The notes beneath the pieces were generated by a model. That model saw only the letters and a program-made list of their open reading frames with translations, searched no databases and was not told the origin of the DNA. The position numbers were made by a program, and so were the translations under genes. DNA of 63,447 bases, the filler included, from Octopus bimaculoides (Eukaryota): the NCBI RefSeq assembly GCF_001194135.2. It is 5 parts of 5 records of this genome, joined end to end, with 100 filler letters (N's around TTAATTAATTAA, not from the genome) between each part and the next. Parts side by side here need not be neighbours in the genome. Positions count along the whole stretch, not along the records: positions 1 to 22,800 come from NC_068994.1; positions 22,901 to 39,123 come from NC_068987.1; 3 more parts are not named here. One strand, written 5' to 3'. Below, piece after piece: positions 13,020 through 24,790 of the stretch (positions are counted from its first letter, which is position 1; every line of letters begins with the position of its first letter).

Positions 13020-13145
13020 AAACAGGTGAGGGTTGGTGACGGAAAGAGCATCCAGCCATAGAAAACCTATCCCAATAAACACTATCCAATCCATGAAAGT
13101 GTGGAAAAGTGGACATCAAAACAATTATGATGATAACCATGATGA
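13020..13145 (+). mobile_element. RTE-like 3' end variant with GAT tail
   Basis: GGAAAGAGCATCCAGCCATAGAAAA...GGAAAAGTGGACATCAAAAC..ATGATGAT. Confidence 0.65.
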
Positions 13146-13228
13146 ATAAAAGTGCAGAAAGTTTTTTTGCCTTTGTTTTTTTTCTTTTTTTTCTTCCTAT
13201 TGACCCACTTTTTTTTACTCTTTTACTC

Positions 13229-13622
13229 TTTTACTTGTTTCAGTCTTTTGACTGTGGCCATGCTGGAGCACCGCCTTTAGTCGAGCAAATCGATCCCAGG
13301 ACTTATTCTTTGGAAGCCTAGTACTTATTCTATCGGTCTCTTTTGCCGAACCGCTAACTTACGGGGACGTAAACACACCTGCATCGGTTGTCAAGCGATG
13401 TTGGCGGGACAAACACATACACACATACATATATATATATAGTATATATACATATATGCGACGGGCTTCTTTCAGTTTCCGTCTACCAAATCCACTCACA
13501 AGGCTTTGGTCGGCCCGAGGCTATAGTAGAAGACACTTGCCCAAGGTGCCACGCAATGGGACTGAACCCAGAACCATGTGGTTGGTAAACAAGCTACTTA
13601 CCACACAGCCACTCCTGCGCCC
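13229..13622 (-). mobile_element. Full-length composite SINE: tRNA head (A), internal (TA)/(TG) microsatellite, 3' module (B)
   Basis: Complete A+B arrangement, low divergence from copies at 49823 and 63148. Confidence 0.92.
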
Positions 13623-13989
13623 TATAAATGTATTGTTCATCACTATTTACTGCTAAATAAATACACTTAAAAATACAGGTTACATGTAATGTGCCAGTGA
13701 TATTTGGCCTGGAAACTGAATTATTTTTTTATTTCATTGCCCGGAATATAAAGAAGCCAGTTAGTAACCAATTTGATGTAAAAGAATCATTGTTATTCTG
13801 TATAAATTTATTATTTCAAATGCAATGTTTGTTTGTTCAGATAAAACACCTTTCGTTTTTACTTCTTTTATTTCTCATTGTAAAATGAAATAACTCCATG
13901 TCATTGTACTAGGCTTGATCCTTCTTCTCTCTTATCTCTCTCTTTCTAGCTCTGTATGTCTCTCTCGAAGATAGCGGCTTTGGTCAGAT

Positions 13990-14125
13990 CTGGAGAATTG
14001 ATAGCAGCCTAGTAGTTAGGAATGTTCGGCTCACGACCATAATTTCCTAGGTTCATTTCTAGTACTGAACAGCTTGTTTTGCTTTTAAACAAAGCACTTC
14101 ATTTTCAGTCTACTCAGCTGAAAAT
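13990..14125 (+). mobile_element. Diverged tRNA-derived SINE (family F) head
   Basis: GCCTAGTAGTTAGG, GGTTCATTTCT, ACTCAGCTG motifs similar to the 46450 copy. Confidence 0.55.
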
Positions 14126-14741
14126 TAATGCCCGCTGATACAACTCTCTCTATTTCAATCTGTTACACCCTGGCTGCACATGTATGCATGTGTGCAGTTA
14201 TTGATGTCCTTGCATATCAGGCTCTGTGTATTTTCCTTTGTATATGTATATACATACATGTTTATATATCTACAGGTGTGTGTATGTATTCATTCCATGC
14301 AAAACTTCGTGCAGGTTTTGTATATTTTTACAATTATAACAGTGTGTCTTGTCTAGTTTTGGGAAGCACAGCTTACCAAGATGAGCAATGAGGCAGTTAT
14401 ATATTCAAACAACCGAGTAATTACAAGTATAGATCGAAAGTTATAGTCTGGATCGAGTGACAGCAGATTTCTAATTAGTTTTATGCCTTCAACACAACCA
14501 GGACAAATAAAACGGTGTGAAAAAGCCATAATTTTGCGGGGAAATGTCTCCAGTAGCTGCTGTTAATCGTTCTTTTGTTCTGTTATCATTCAATACACCC
14601 AATTACTTATTAATTACGCTTTGTTCACATTAAGATATTTGATTGATCCATCGTCACTAATAATCCAGGATGATTTCATGGTATCCAGGCAGCACTTTGT
14701 TGTCCATTATTGTACTTTTGTTCAATTGTTTCATTTTACAG

Positions 14742-14792
14742 GAAAACACTTTCACTTTTTCCCCCGAAAACCACCTACTTTTGACAAAGCAA
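14742..14792 (+). CDS. Candidate 51-nt symmetric exon
   Basis: Strong acceptor TTGTTTCATTTTACAG|G and donor CAA|GTATTT; two frames open; non-repetitive context. Confidence 0.2.
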
Positions 14793-15017
14793 GTATTTTC
14801 CGCTTTCCTAGGGCCTCGGAAATGAAGAACAGAAATGTCTTATTCTCAGCAATTCTAACTTAATATGTCGACGAAGTGTTTTTAAACAAAGGTATTAAGA
14901 AATAACGGGTTAACAAACGATGTTTGTAAACACGGCCACGTCTGCAACAAATATTAAACGATTAATAACCAGCCGTCAAGTTGCGAACGAGTATAGATTG
15001 GTTAGCATTTACCGGCG

Positions 15018-15193
15018 AAGGTTAGGGAATACGCACACCCGGTGTTTAGGGTTCAGGTGTTAGGTTAGGATTACGCCGAAAACGGGTGGTGCGCGTATTC
15101 TTTACCTCCGCCATGCATACATAAAAAGGGCGTAACAAAAACCCAAACCTTAAACCCTAACCCTAACTACCGGGTGTACGTATTCTTTACCTT
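15018..15193. mobile_element. Short MITE-like element with TTAGGG-like internal repeats
   Basis: AAGGTTAGGGAATACGCACACCCGGT at left is the near reverse complement of ACCGGGTGTACGTATTCTTTACCTT at right. Confidence 0.65.
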
Positions 15194-16263
15194 ATAGATG
15201 CCTATACACATATATAGTTATCTAGTTAGCGTCTATATTCTAATGAGCCTGGGAAAGAAACCGGCTTCTTCTCTAGTGAGAAATTCGAGTAATATAACCA
15301 GAACATTCATACATATATACATGCATACATACATACATACATACTGGTATACATAGGCAGACATACAGTTATATATATATGTGTGTGTGTGTATATATGT
15401 GTATATACACATATACATACACACATATATATATATATATATACAGACTCATACACAAATGCATACATACACACATGAATACATATATTGCATACATAGC
15501 GACGTTGCTCTAGCATGGCCTTGGCCTTGATGCTAAACTTACAGAAGGCTATTAATACATACAAGATGCATGTCAAAATACATCTGTACACATGTACATA
15601 TAAATACATTATCCCCCCTCTCTCTCTCTCATATTTGCTCAACTCTCTTTCTCTCCCCCTCTATTTTTACTCTTTCTTTCCCTTCTCCCTCCGCTTAGCT
15701 TTTTCTTTTCTTTTTCTTTTTTGCATTTTACTCAATATCTTCTAGTCTGTCATTTTTTTCTTCTACCTTCTCTTCTTCACCATTCTTTTCTTCTTCCTCA
15801 TATTCTATTCATATCTTCTTCACCTTTTCACCACTTCGCGTTTGCTTATTTCCTTTTCTCATTGAACCCCCACACTAATCTCTCTCTCTCTCTCTCTCTC
15901 TCTCGTACACACACTTTAATTCATTACTCCCCCCTTTTTCTCTCTTTCTCTCTCCTTTCTTCCTTTTGGCTTTCCTTTCACTATTTCTCTCCTCATCCTT
16001 TTCCCCAACCTCCCTCCATTTCATAATCCTATGCCACCTATCCTTCTCCCTCTCTATCCTTTTCCCATCTCTCATTCGTGTACAGCTAATTCTCTCTACT
16101 TTTCACCATTCTCGTCTCGCCTACTCCTCCTCTCTTTCCCCCTCTGTCTGTCTGTCTCTCCCTCTCTCTCTCTCTCTCCATCAATACCTTTCATACCTTC
16201 TGTCTGTGGAGCTCATCGTTCGACCGGCAATCCAGCTGTGGCCTTCCTATATTTTTTTCTTAC

Positions 16264-16366
16264 CTATTATATCCAGAACTACTTCATCCAGTTTATCCAT
16301 CAACTTCCACGAGGGAGATCTCCCTGCTGTATCCAGGCGATCGATCAACCGCAGTGAAGCCTCCAT
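16264..16366 (-). CDS. Candidate first coding exon (MEASLRLIDRLDTAGRSPSWKLMDKLDEVVLDII-G)
   Basis: ATG, 34 open codons, strong phase-1 donor AG|GTAAGA, in-frame stop upstream; unique, CpG-containing sequence; protein not recognised. Confidence 0.4.
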
Positions 16367-16653
16367 CACACCCCCTAAATGTCTACCCTGCCACCTCTCT
16401 CTCTTTATTTCTTATCTGATACGTTCTGTTATTGCACAATATTGTTTTTTATGACTCTCTCCCCTTTCTGTCTGTCTTTGATCTTCCATTCGTTATCTAC
16501 CTCCTTCCTTCATGCAGCTGCAATTCCACCATCCCCATTTATGCAGTGACATACACAGGAAAAAAACAAGCACCACATATATTAGGTGATAGACAGGGTA
16601 TTTTTAAAAATTCCTCTGGAATGTCTGGTACGAATAAAACCCTAACACCTTAA

Positions 16654-16743
16654 CCGAGTCCTGGGTCCATCGACAGAAGTCTCCGTGCCGCTATAGATTT
16701 GCCTCTCCTGGCTCAAAGTTATAAGCACCCTTGCTTGACTCGG
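16654..16743. mobile_element. Possible 90-bp TTAA-flanked mini-element (piggyBac-like termini)
   Basis: TTAA-CCGAGTC...GACTCGG-TTAA; TIR only 7 bp. Confidence 0.35.
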
Positions 16744-17127
16744 TTAATGCGAGACTCCGTTACCTCAAGATAATGAGTTTGAACAGAATACTATATAACA
16801 ACTGCCACCTCGATAGTAATGGCTTCAGCGTCGAATCGTTCAGAAGAAACTAGAATGAAATCATCCTTAACAGACTGAGTTCGCAATTCAAATTGATTCT
16901 GACATGTGGCTACTTAGTTTGATTGCCGAACGTATGCCACTGTCCATTGTAGTGATCTAGGCTCTGAAAACACCACTGAACGTATCCATGTTTCAAATAG
17001 CTAATAGGTAATGATGATGAACCATGGCAAATAGTCGATGTTGAACCGTGGTGGGGAGGGCGATCTCTGTATTTAGCCGGGGGGGGGCGGTTTCGATAAA
17101 CACTTGAAACGATTTTGAGCATTAACA

Positions 17128-17640
17128 CTCATCATCATCGTTTAATGTCCGTTTTCCATGCGGGCCCGTGTTGGACGGTTTGACTGAGGCCAGGAGGCTG
17201 CACGAGGCCCCAATCTGATCTGGCAGTGTTTCTACAGCTGGATGCCCATCCTAACGCCAACCACTCCGAGAGTGTAGTGGGTGCTTTTTACGTGCCACCG
17301 GCACAGGGGCCAGAGGAGCTGGCATCGACCATGATCGGATGGTGCTTTTTACGTGCCACCGGCACGGAAGCCAGTCAAAGCGGCACTGGCATCGGCCACG
17401 TTCGGATGGTGTTTTTTACGTGCTACCGGCACGGGGCTCACAACAACAATTTCCATTTGATCTGATTTTGATATTGCTGTTGTTGTTGTTGATGATGTAC
17501 TTGACTCAATAGGTCTCCTCAAGCACGGCACGTCGCTCTACGATCCAAGGTACATTTGAGTGGATTGGTTATGTGACACTGGTATAGGTTACAGCTGTGG
17601 ACTCACTTTATTTGCCGGGTCTTCTCAGTCACAGCATACC
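17128..17640 (-). mobile_element. Long family D copy with internal tandem subrepeats
   Basis: (CAT)n tail, GGATGCCCATCCTAACGCCAACC, three GGTG.TTTTTACGTGC.ACCGGCAC units. Confidence 0.88.
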
Positions 17641-18832
17641 TCCAGAGGTTTCAGTCTACTTTTTAATTCTATTATTTTTCTAATCATCGATTTCATGAAA
17701 GTTTCAAAATGGCACAAGGTGTTTGACGACCTATATTGATCAGTCTAGTCTAGGTCAAAACCATTGGAGGTTATGAGCCCCCTATTATGATGTTATATTT
17801 CTTACCCTTTCAAATTGTTGTTGTACCTTGCCTTTTTACTCCCACCACCATCCACCGTTTTGGTCGTCTGCCTCCCCTTCTGTATTAATCGTCCCTTGTA
17901 GAAAACAAAATATTTAACTCATCTAATCACAGTGTCTCTCATATTATAGTCGATGTTGATGTTTAGTTGTAGGATATATGATGAAAAACGTTCCACCTAT
18001 GGCCATCCAGTCTTTTTATACATCTCGAACTAGTTCAATGATGGTTGCAGTATTGTTACTGCTACTGTTATTGGGAATGAGATGGTGGTTGTAGTGGCGG
18101 CGGCGGTGACGATAGTGGTTGTGGTGGCGGAGGTAAATGTTTCCACATTCACTTCACCAAGATTTTCTGACATTTATTTCGTCTTTGACCAACTTTGTTA
18201 TTGTTAATGATGAATACGTCGATCATGACGACGACGTTGTTTACAACCTCCATTGCAGCTAATGGTATTCTACAATACTTTATTGCAGCTGTTGTTGTTG
18301 TTGTTGTTGTTGGTATTGTGGTTGTTGTTCTTGTCGAAGCAACATTAACAAACAATCGCAATGGCGTAACAGGTTACGTAGCTGCTGCTGCTGACAACAA
18401 CAGCAGTAGTGGTGGATGTGGTCGGGAATGACGGCAAAAACAGTTTGATTACGTAAAATGTTTATCAAGTGTAAAAAAATATTTTGGTAAGGTGAGAGAG
18501 ATAGACAGACAATCTGGCAGACGAACAGATGGATGGATGGATGGATGGATGGTTAGATAGATAAACAGAGAGAGAAAATGAGAGAGAGATAAAGTAGGTA
18601 GATAAATAGAGGGATGGATGGACGGAAAGAGAGAGAGAGAGAGAGAGACAGACTGACAGATAGATAGATAGATAGATTGATTGATTGATTGATTGATAGA
18701 TAGACTGATTGATAAACAGAAAGCGGGGGAGGCAGTGTTATATACAGGGCGAAAGGGGGTATTTAAGGATGGTTGTCAATATATTATTCTCTTCAAACCA
18801 ATTAAAAGGTTTTAATTTCTTTCAGATCCCCC

Positions 18833-19690
18833 ATGGCAGATAAAATATTAACACAAGAAGTCAAAACAGATGCAGTCATTGTAGCCATATGTGCAGAATG
18901 CAGCGATTTAGAAATGGCCAATTTTCTAGATGTTGCAAGATCTTTTGTCACCAAAGTTCCGATGGAATTGGTAGCCTCTAATAAAAAATATTCCAATCAG
19001 GGGTGGACTAAGAGTATTAAGGGCCCTCAGGCATAACTGTTTACTGGGCCCCTTTGAATGTGTGTTTTAGTAGAGTTAGCATGTAGAGTAAGGGCCCTTC
19101 GAAGCTCTGGGCCCTCAGGTGGTGCCTGATTGTCCAATGGCTCGGTCCACCCCTGGTTCCAACTGTATCAAAGACAGAAAACATCTTAAATGTTTGGATG
19201 CTATAAGGACACCGCAGTCCATCCAATGGACTCAAAACATTATCAACGATGGACTTGGAAAATTAGTGAGGACCATCACCAACGAACTTCAGGTATCAAA
19301 ATTATGGTGCATGAGGACATTTGATACAATTCCTGTCTGCAAAATCACAGGAAATCTGCTTAATCTGTGCCAAGTGTTTACTCGACAGGGTTAAAATCAT
19401 TTATGAACATGGCTCACTTTGGTTCTTCTGTGATGAGAAAATCTTCAATCAAGACCAAAAGTCAAAGAGGAGAAGTGAGAGATGGTAAAGTACAACTGTT
19501 TCTGATGCCTCCAACGTTTCCAGTAACTGTGATGGCTTTAGGAGAGGTGAGTAATGAAGGTCATGTTGTGCCACCTCACTTCTTTCTGAGAATCTTAGAA
19601 TTTATGCTGCTGAATACATTGAAGTGCTGGAGACAGTTGTTAAGCTCTGGATGGAGGAAGTATGCTGACAAACCTTACAGAAACCTTAGT
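18833..19690 (+). mobile_element. maT/DD37D-like Tc1/mariner transposase relic (5' two-thirds)
   Basis: MADKILTQEVKTDAVIVAI..SDLEMANFLDVARSFV, IRTP, FCDEKIFNQDQKSKRRSERW and TFPVTVMALGEVSNEGHVVPPHFF match maT-type motifs across frameshifts. The second catalytic D is not reached, so spacing cannot be counted. Confidence 0.8.
18998..19155. mobile_element. 158-bp hAT-type MITE nested in the maT relic
   Basis: Perfect 11-bp TIR CAGGGGTGGAC/GTCCACCCCTG; flanks ATTCCAAT / GTTCCAAC (6/8 identical, 8-bp TSD-like). Confidence 0.8.
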
Positions 19691-20744
19691 TAATTTGCTT
19701 TTATTTACTATTTTTATATTTCACATCAAATGTAGAAAAACCAGTCCTAAATTTAGTCATAAGCTGAATCTGTGGACCTAAGACTCTAGGAAACCTCAGG
19801 CCAAGGTGAATAATATTTTTGATACAGTTAAAGACATTTTGAGTAGAGATCTTGCATTACTGAAGCCTCCGTAACTGACTCTTGTGTATGGCTTCCCCTT
19901 GTATTTCTGTACCACATTTACTGGTGACAATCTATGTTCAATCATGTCTTCTATCGGAAATTGAAAGATTAAGAAGTTTCTAGAAACATCTCTATCCCTT
20001 CTGTAATCTCTTAATCACTCACATAGAATTGATGTGGAACACTGGAAAATAATGCAGCAACATCTCATTGCAAACTTTCACAAGAAACAATGACATGAAA
20101 TTTCACAGAATTAAATCTCTGTATGTTTTCAAATTCCAGCCTGTTACAGTACAAAGACCTGATATGTATTTGCGAGGAAGGTTATTTCAGTAGCCTACAT
20201 TAGTTGCCGAATGATCTTATTTATTTCGTTCAAGAACTTTACGAATGTACATTATAACATCACATTCTTGTCAGTATTCCAGATTATGGAGTTGCAGATT
20301 ATTAACACTTTGAGCATGAGTTATCTGGATGTATGAAAGATTTCTTGTATTTTTTCTCATTGTTGATAGACAAAACCCAGTTAGCAGTTGAAGACCAGAG
20401 CTGTGTTGTATAACCTATATATGTTAAGCAATTTCAGCAGTGTAGTTACACCAGGGTTAGGTTTCTTTAAGAGGAACTTCACACTGCACATTCAGTGGGT
20501 TCCTGACAGGTCATTGACAATCTTTAAGCATAGCAGGAAGAGAATGTGTCTGCTGGGATCAGATTGCAGAAATAATCAGGGGTTTTAGATTAGTTCCTTG
20601 TTTGAGGAAAGGTAAATTATTTTATGAAGAATTCTTTGTGAGTAATAGGAAGGGATGGAATTTTGAGGAATTGAAGGAATTGGTGTTGATAAGTCTTTTG
20701 AAGAATGTAGATAACTTTATTTGTTTTCATTTTGAACACTACTA

Positions 20745-20950
20745 CCACCACCACCACCACCTCCGCACCATCATTCGGTGTCCATTTTCCATGCTGATGT
20801 GGTGTGGATGATTTGACAAGATCCAACAGCTCAGAAGAACACGTCTTGCTCCAGTGTCCCAGTTTAGGGTCGGCTTTAGCTGCTGGGTGTCCTTCCAATC
20901 ACCAAACCCTTTACAGAGTGATCCAGGTGAACATTTTCATGGCACCAGCA
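20745..20950 (-). mobile_element. Diverged family D-like element
   Basis: GTCCATTTTCCATGCTG..., GCTGGGTGTCCTTCCAATCACCAAACC. Confidence 0.6.
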
Positions 20951-21971
20951 CTACAGAGGTTGTCTCATCTTTAGCAAGGCTAACGAATCTGTTCAAGCTT
21001 TGTGGTGTCACTGCACAATTTAATTTACCGACCACTTACAAAGTGAATGCACAGGGTCACCTTGCAGTTGTCAAGGTGAAAGAGTGACTCCATCACTGAA
21101 AGGGCAGATGTTGAATTATGACAAAAGAAACAGGTTCATGTTTTATTATTTTTTTTAGCAATAATTTCATTTGACATTTTCATATCAAACTGAAGACTGT
21201 CCCAATCAGTGATCCACTGCCTTTCAGAGANNNNNNNNNNAAGAAACAGCAGAAAGCACCCTCCTTCTTCTCTCTCCCTGTCTTTTCCTCTCTTTTGTCT
21301 TGTCTGTTTCTCTGAAATTGTATATCTCTCTGTGATTATCTCTTGTCTTTTGTTAATTCCAGCTGTAGTTTTAACTAAGACTGTTCCATAGGTTATCAGT
21401 TACGTGTATAGATTTTGGTATCAGCAATGAAGGACATCTTTAACAGTGCAGTGCCAACATCATTTAGAGTTCTAATGGTTCATACATTTTGTAGAAGACA
21501 ATGACATGACTTTTGTAATATAAGTTGTTGATAACAATTATTTTTAACAACTTTTATCAACTTTGGTGGATTGTTAGAGTAGAGGACAGAAAATGTGTGA
21601 CATTTACTTAGAACCTTTTACATTCTGAGTTCAAATCCTGCTTAGGTTAGCTTTGTCTTTCCACCCTTTCAGAACATCATCGTCATCTTCATCATCATCG
21701 TTTCAATGCCAATTTTTACCATGCTCATACAGGTCAGATGGAATTTGCTGAAGCAGATTTTCTACAGCCGGATGCCTCACCTGTTTCTGAGTGACATAAT
21801 ATGTCCCCAAGGCCAGCCATGTTTTCTCAGGAGATTAGAAATGAAAGAGACCACTTGCATTAGAGTGACACTCATTTACAATTATCACACAATGTCAGGA
21901 AAAGGAGACGGTAACACACACACATATATACATATATAATTGAAAAAATTTTGAGTCAACATGCATATAAT

Positions 21972-22103
21972 AACGGGCTTCTTTCAGTTTCTGTCTACCA
22001 AATCCACTCACAAGGCTTTGGTCAGCCCCAGGCTACAGTAGAAGACACTTGCCCAAGGTGCCATGCAGTGGAAATGAACCCAGAACCATGTGGTTGGTAA
22101 GCG
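21972..22103 (-). mobile_element. Family A SINE head
   Basis: Matches the family A consensus. Confidence 0.88.
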
Positions 22104-22449
22104 GTGTTCCAAAAACTTTGATATCTTTTGAGATGTAAATATCACAGAAACTACAGTCAAAGCAAATAAAACTAAACAGGCGTAACGTGTGTGTATGCGT
22201 GTGTGAGTGCGTGTGTGAGTGTGCGTGTGTGAGTGTGCGTGTGTGTGTATGCGTGTGTGAGTGTGTGTGTGTGTGAGTGTGAGTGTGCGTGTGTGAGTGT
22301 GCGTGTGTGAGTGTGTAAGTGTGCGTGTGTGTGAGTGTGCGTGCATGTTTACATGGAAGACTGGCAACAAAGAACCCTTGACACAAATTGAAAGCCATTT
22401 GCATTTATTTTTAGTACCCAATGACAACAAATGTTTAATCTCAGTGACC

Positions 22450-22752
22450 TTTTTGTGTACACAGTTTGATAGACCATGTCTTTCTTTAGCTGGGCTCAAA
22501 TCTCATAACGTGGACCCATGAAAAACGAAACTCCACCAACCATTCTGCCTATATATCTGTGCACACCTTTCAATGCCACGTATGCCATAAGGTCTGCAAT
22601 TCTAAAAGAGGCCTCAAACCCTCAAAAGACATCTTAAAATACACAAAGATCAGAACTTAACTGCAGCTCTTGGGTGACCAAATCAGTAATGCAATCTATG
22701 TGGGTGTCTTTTCAGAACATTGTCTGGTTTAAAAAGCCACATCAGATGACAG
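22450..22752 (+). pseudogene. Three decayed tandem C2H2 zinc fingers, probably an RTE-clade LINE ORF2 C-terminus
   Basis: CTQ(F)DRPCLSLAGLKSH, CHVCHKVCNSKRGLK[8-nt duplication]RHLKIH and CNLCGCLFRTLSGLKSHIR*Q all fit C-x2-C-x12-H spacing; frameshifts and stops present; no TGEKP linkers. Confidence 0.75.
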
Positions 22753-22800
22753 GATGGTTCTAAGGTGTAGGTACAGGAAGTGGTCAAGCTCTGCATAAGG

Positions 22801-22900
22801 NNNNNNNNNNNNNNNNNNNNNNNNNNNNNNNNNNNNNNNNNNNNTTAATTAATTAANNNNNNNNNNNNNNNNNNNNNNNNNNNNNNNNNNNNNNNNNNNN
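22801..22900. other. Artificial scaffold-join spacer 44N-TTAATTAATTAA-44N
   Basis: Identical 100-bp structure at four sites. Confidence 0.95.
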
Positions 22901-23830
22901 GCCCGGCGTGCTAACGTTTCTACCAGCTTGCCGCCTTAATACAGGATTATATTCTGTTATCCAATATACAATAATAGCCGTACAGCTATGAGTACATATA
23001 GAGTGTCCTACTGTTATTTAGCACCAGGTGAACTATGACAGCAAATTTACGATCACAGGCATTCCATTCGTGGCCATGACCACCTTTAGGGGATATCGTA
23101 TATCTATATACGTATCTCCACTTTTTTAAGGCGATGAATTTGAGGGGGGGGGTTCTCCCTTTTGCTAGCAGGTCAAGATGAACACTTACAGGCTTCACTA
23201 TTACGTTTTGGTGATGATCATAGCAGTTGTGTATGAGATCAACTTAACCAGAGCGTCGGTATCTCTGGCAATGTGTCTACTGATACATAATCTGGGAACT
23301 GATAATGTTGGTAGAATACAAATTAGTTCGACTGCTGACATTTCAACAAAGAAATTGAGACTCTTTCTGGGTTTTCAGATGGAAAAGCCCTCAAGAGGTA
23401 CTTATAGAGAGTGTGAATCACTCACACACAAAAATGCGCGCGCGTGTGTTATTACTAATGTTGTTGCTTGTGACTAAGAAAAACCACAGATGTTAACCGA
23501 GGAAAGGACTCCATACAAGAATTAGAGTTCAATGATTTTAAAGAAACTGACTGCTACATCGGGGTTTCGGTGTGGATTGGTTCATTAAACAGCCTATTCG
23601 ATAAACTATCCTTGATTTGCATGTATGTGTGCTGGAATGCATATCAGTTTGTTTGTTTGTATGTGTGTATGTATGTACGTACGCATGTATTATGTATGTA
23701 TGTATGTATGTATGTATGCATGCATGCATGTATACGTGTGTCTGTGTCTATCTGTATGGATTATGAATTTTGTTATTTTTAAAGTTTTTTAATGGGCTTT
23801 TCTTTAAACCAGTTAGGGTAGTAGTAGTAA

Positions 23831-23867
<37 letters not shown>

Positions 23868-24668
23868 NNNNNNNNNNNNNNNNNNNNNNNNNNNNNNNNN
23901 NNNNNNNNNNNNNNNNNNNNNNNNNNNNNNNNNNNNNNNNNNNNNNNNNNNNNNNNNNNNNNNNNNNTATATATATATATATATATATACATATAATTAT
24001 ACCTTCCATTTTCTTTCTCTCATATATTTGTGTGTTCAAGTGTATGTATGTCTTGCACATGCACAATCGTTTTCAATCGCACTTTCACGTATACATACAT
24101 ACATACAACCATCTAAATCTTTTCATATATACAATCTCTCTCCTCACCATAGCTTTCTTGTAAGCTATCACTTTCTTCTGATACGCCACTATTGTCAATT
24201 TAATTAATATTATCAACTACTTTTCCGCCATATTAGCGGCATTTTGCCGTTTCCAGCTTTCCATTACACAGGAAACATTATATATTTTATTGCTTCCAAT
24301 TTCGATGCTGTTATTGTTCTTAGGAGTTGTTTTATTCTACTTTTGTTATCATTACATTATATGTGAATAATATTGTTTTTGTAATGTTTCATCTTTTGAC
24401 CGTCAAACAACCTTAATATTGTCGTATATTGATATGTGTAGGAACTGTTTATTATCTCTTAACAATACACTATCCCTAGATATAGCAAATACCATTAAAG
24501 AAATGTTCGGCAAGCAACTTCATCATAGCGTGACACCGCTAAGCATAGGAAGCCACCGTTACATAACCATTCTAACTTTCAACTTCACAGTATACAGACA
24601 AAGCAGTGTGTTACAGATATTGAAATTACACGTGATCACAGCATTAGGTAGCCATTGGAACCAATGTG

Positions 24669-24717
<49 letters not shown>

Positions 24718-24790
24718 TATATAAGAGAAAGAGAATAAGAGGGAGAGAGGGAGATTAGCAGAAACACACACACACACACGCACAAATATA

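Noticed and set aside
23178-23477. 99-aa ORF and a possible 19-nt microexon at about 23380-23398
   Set aside because: No family resemblance; splice signals alone are too common.
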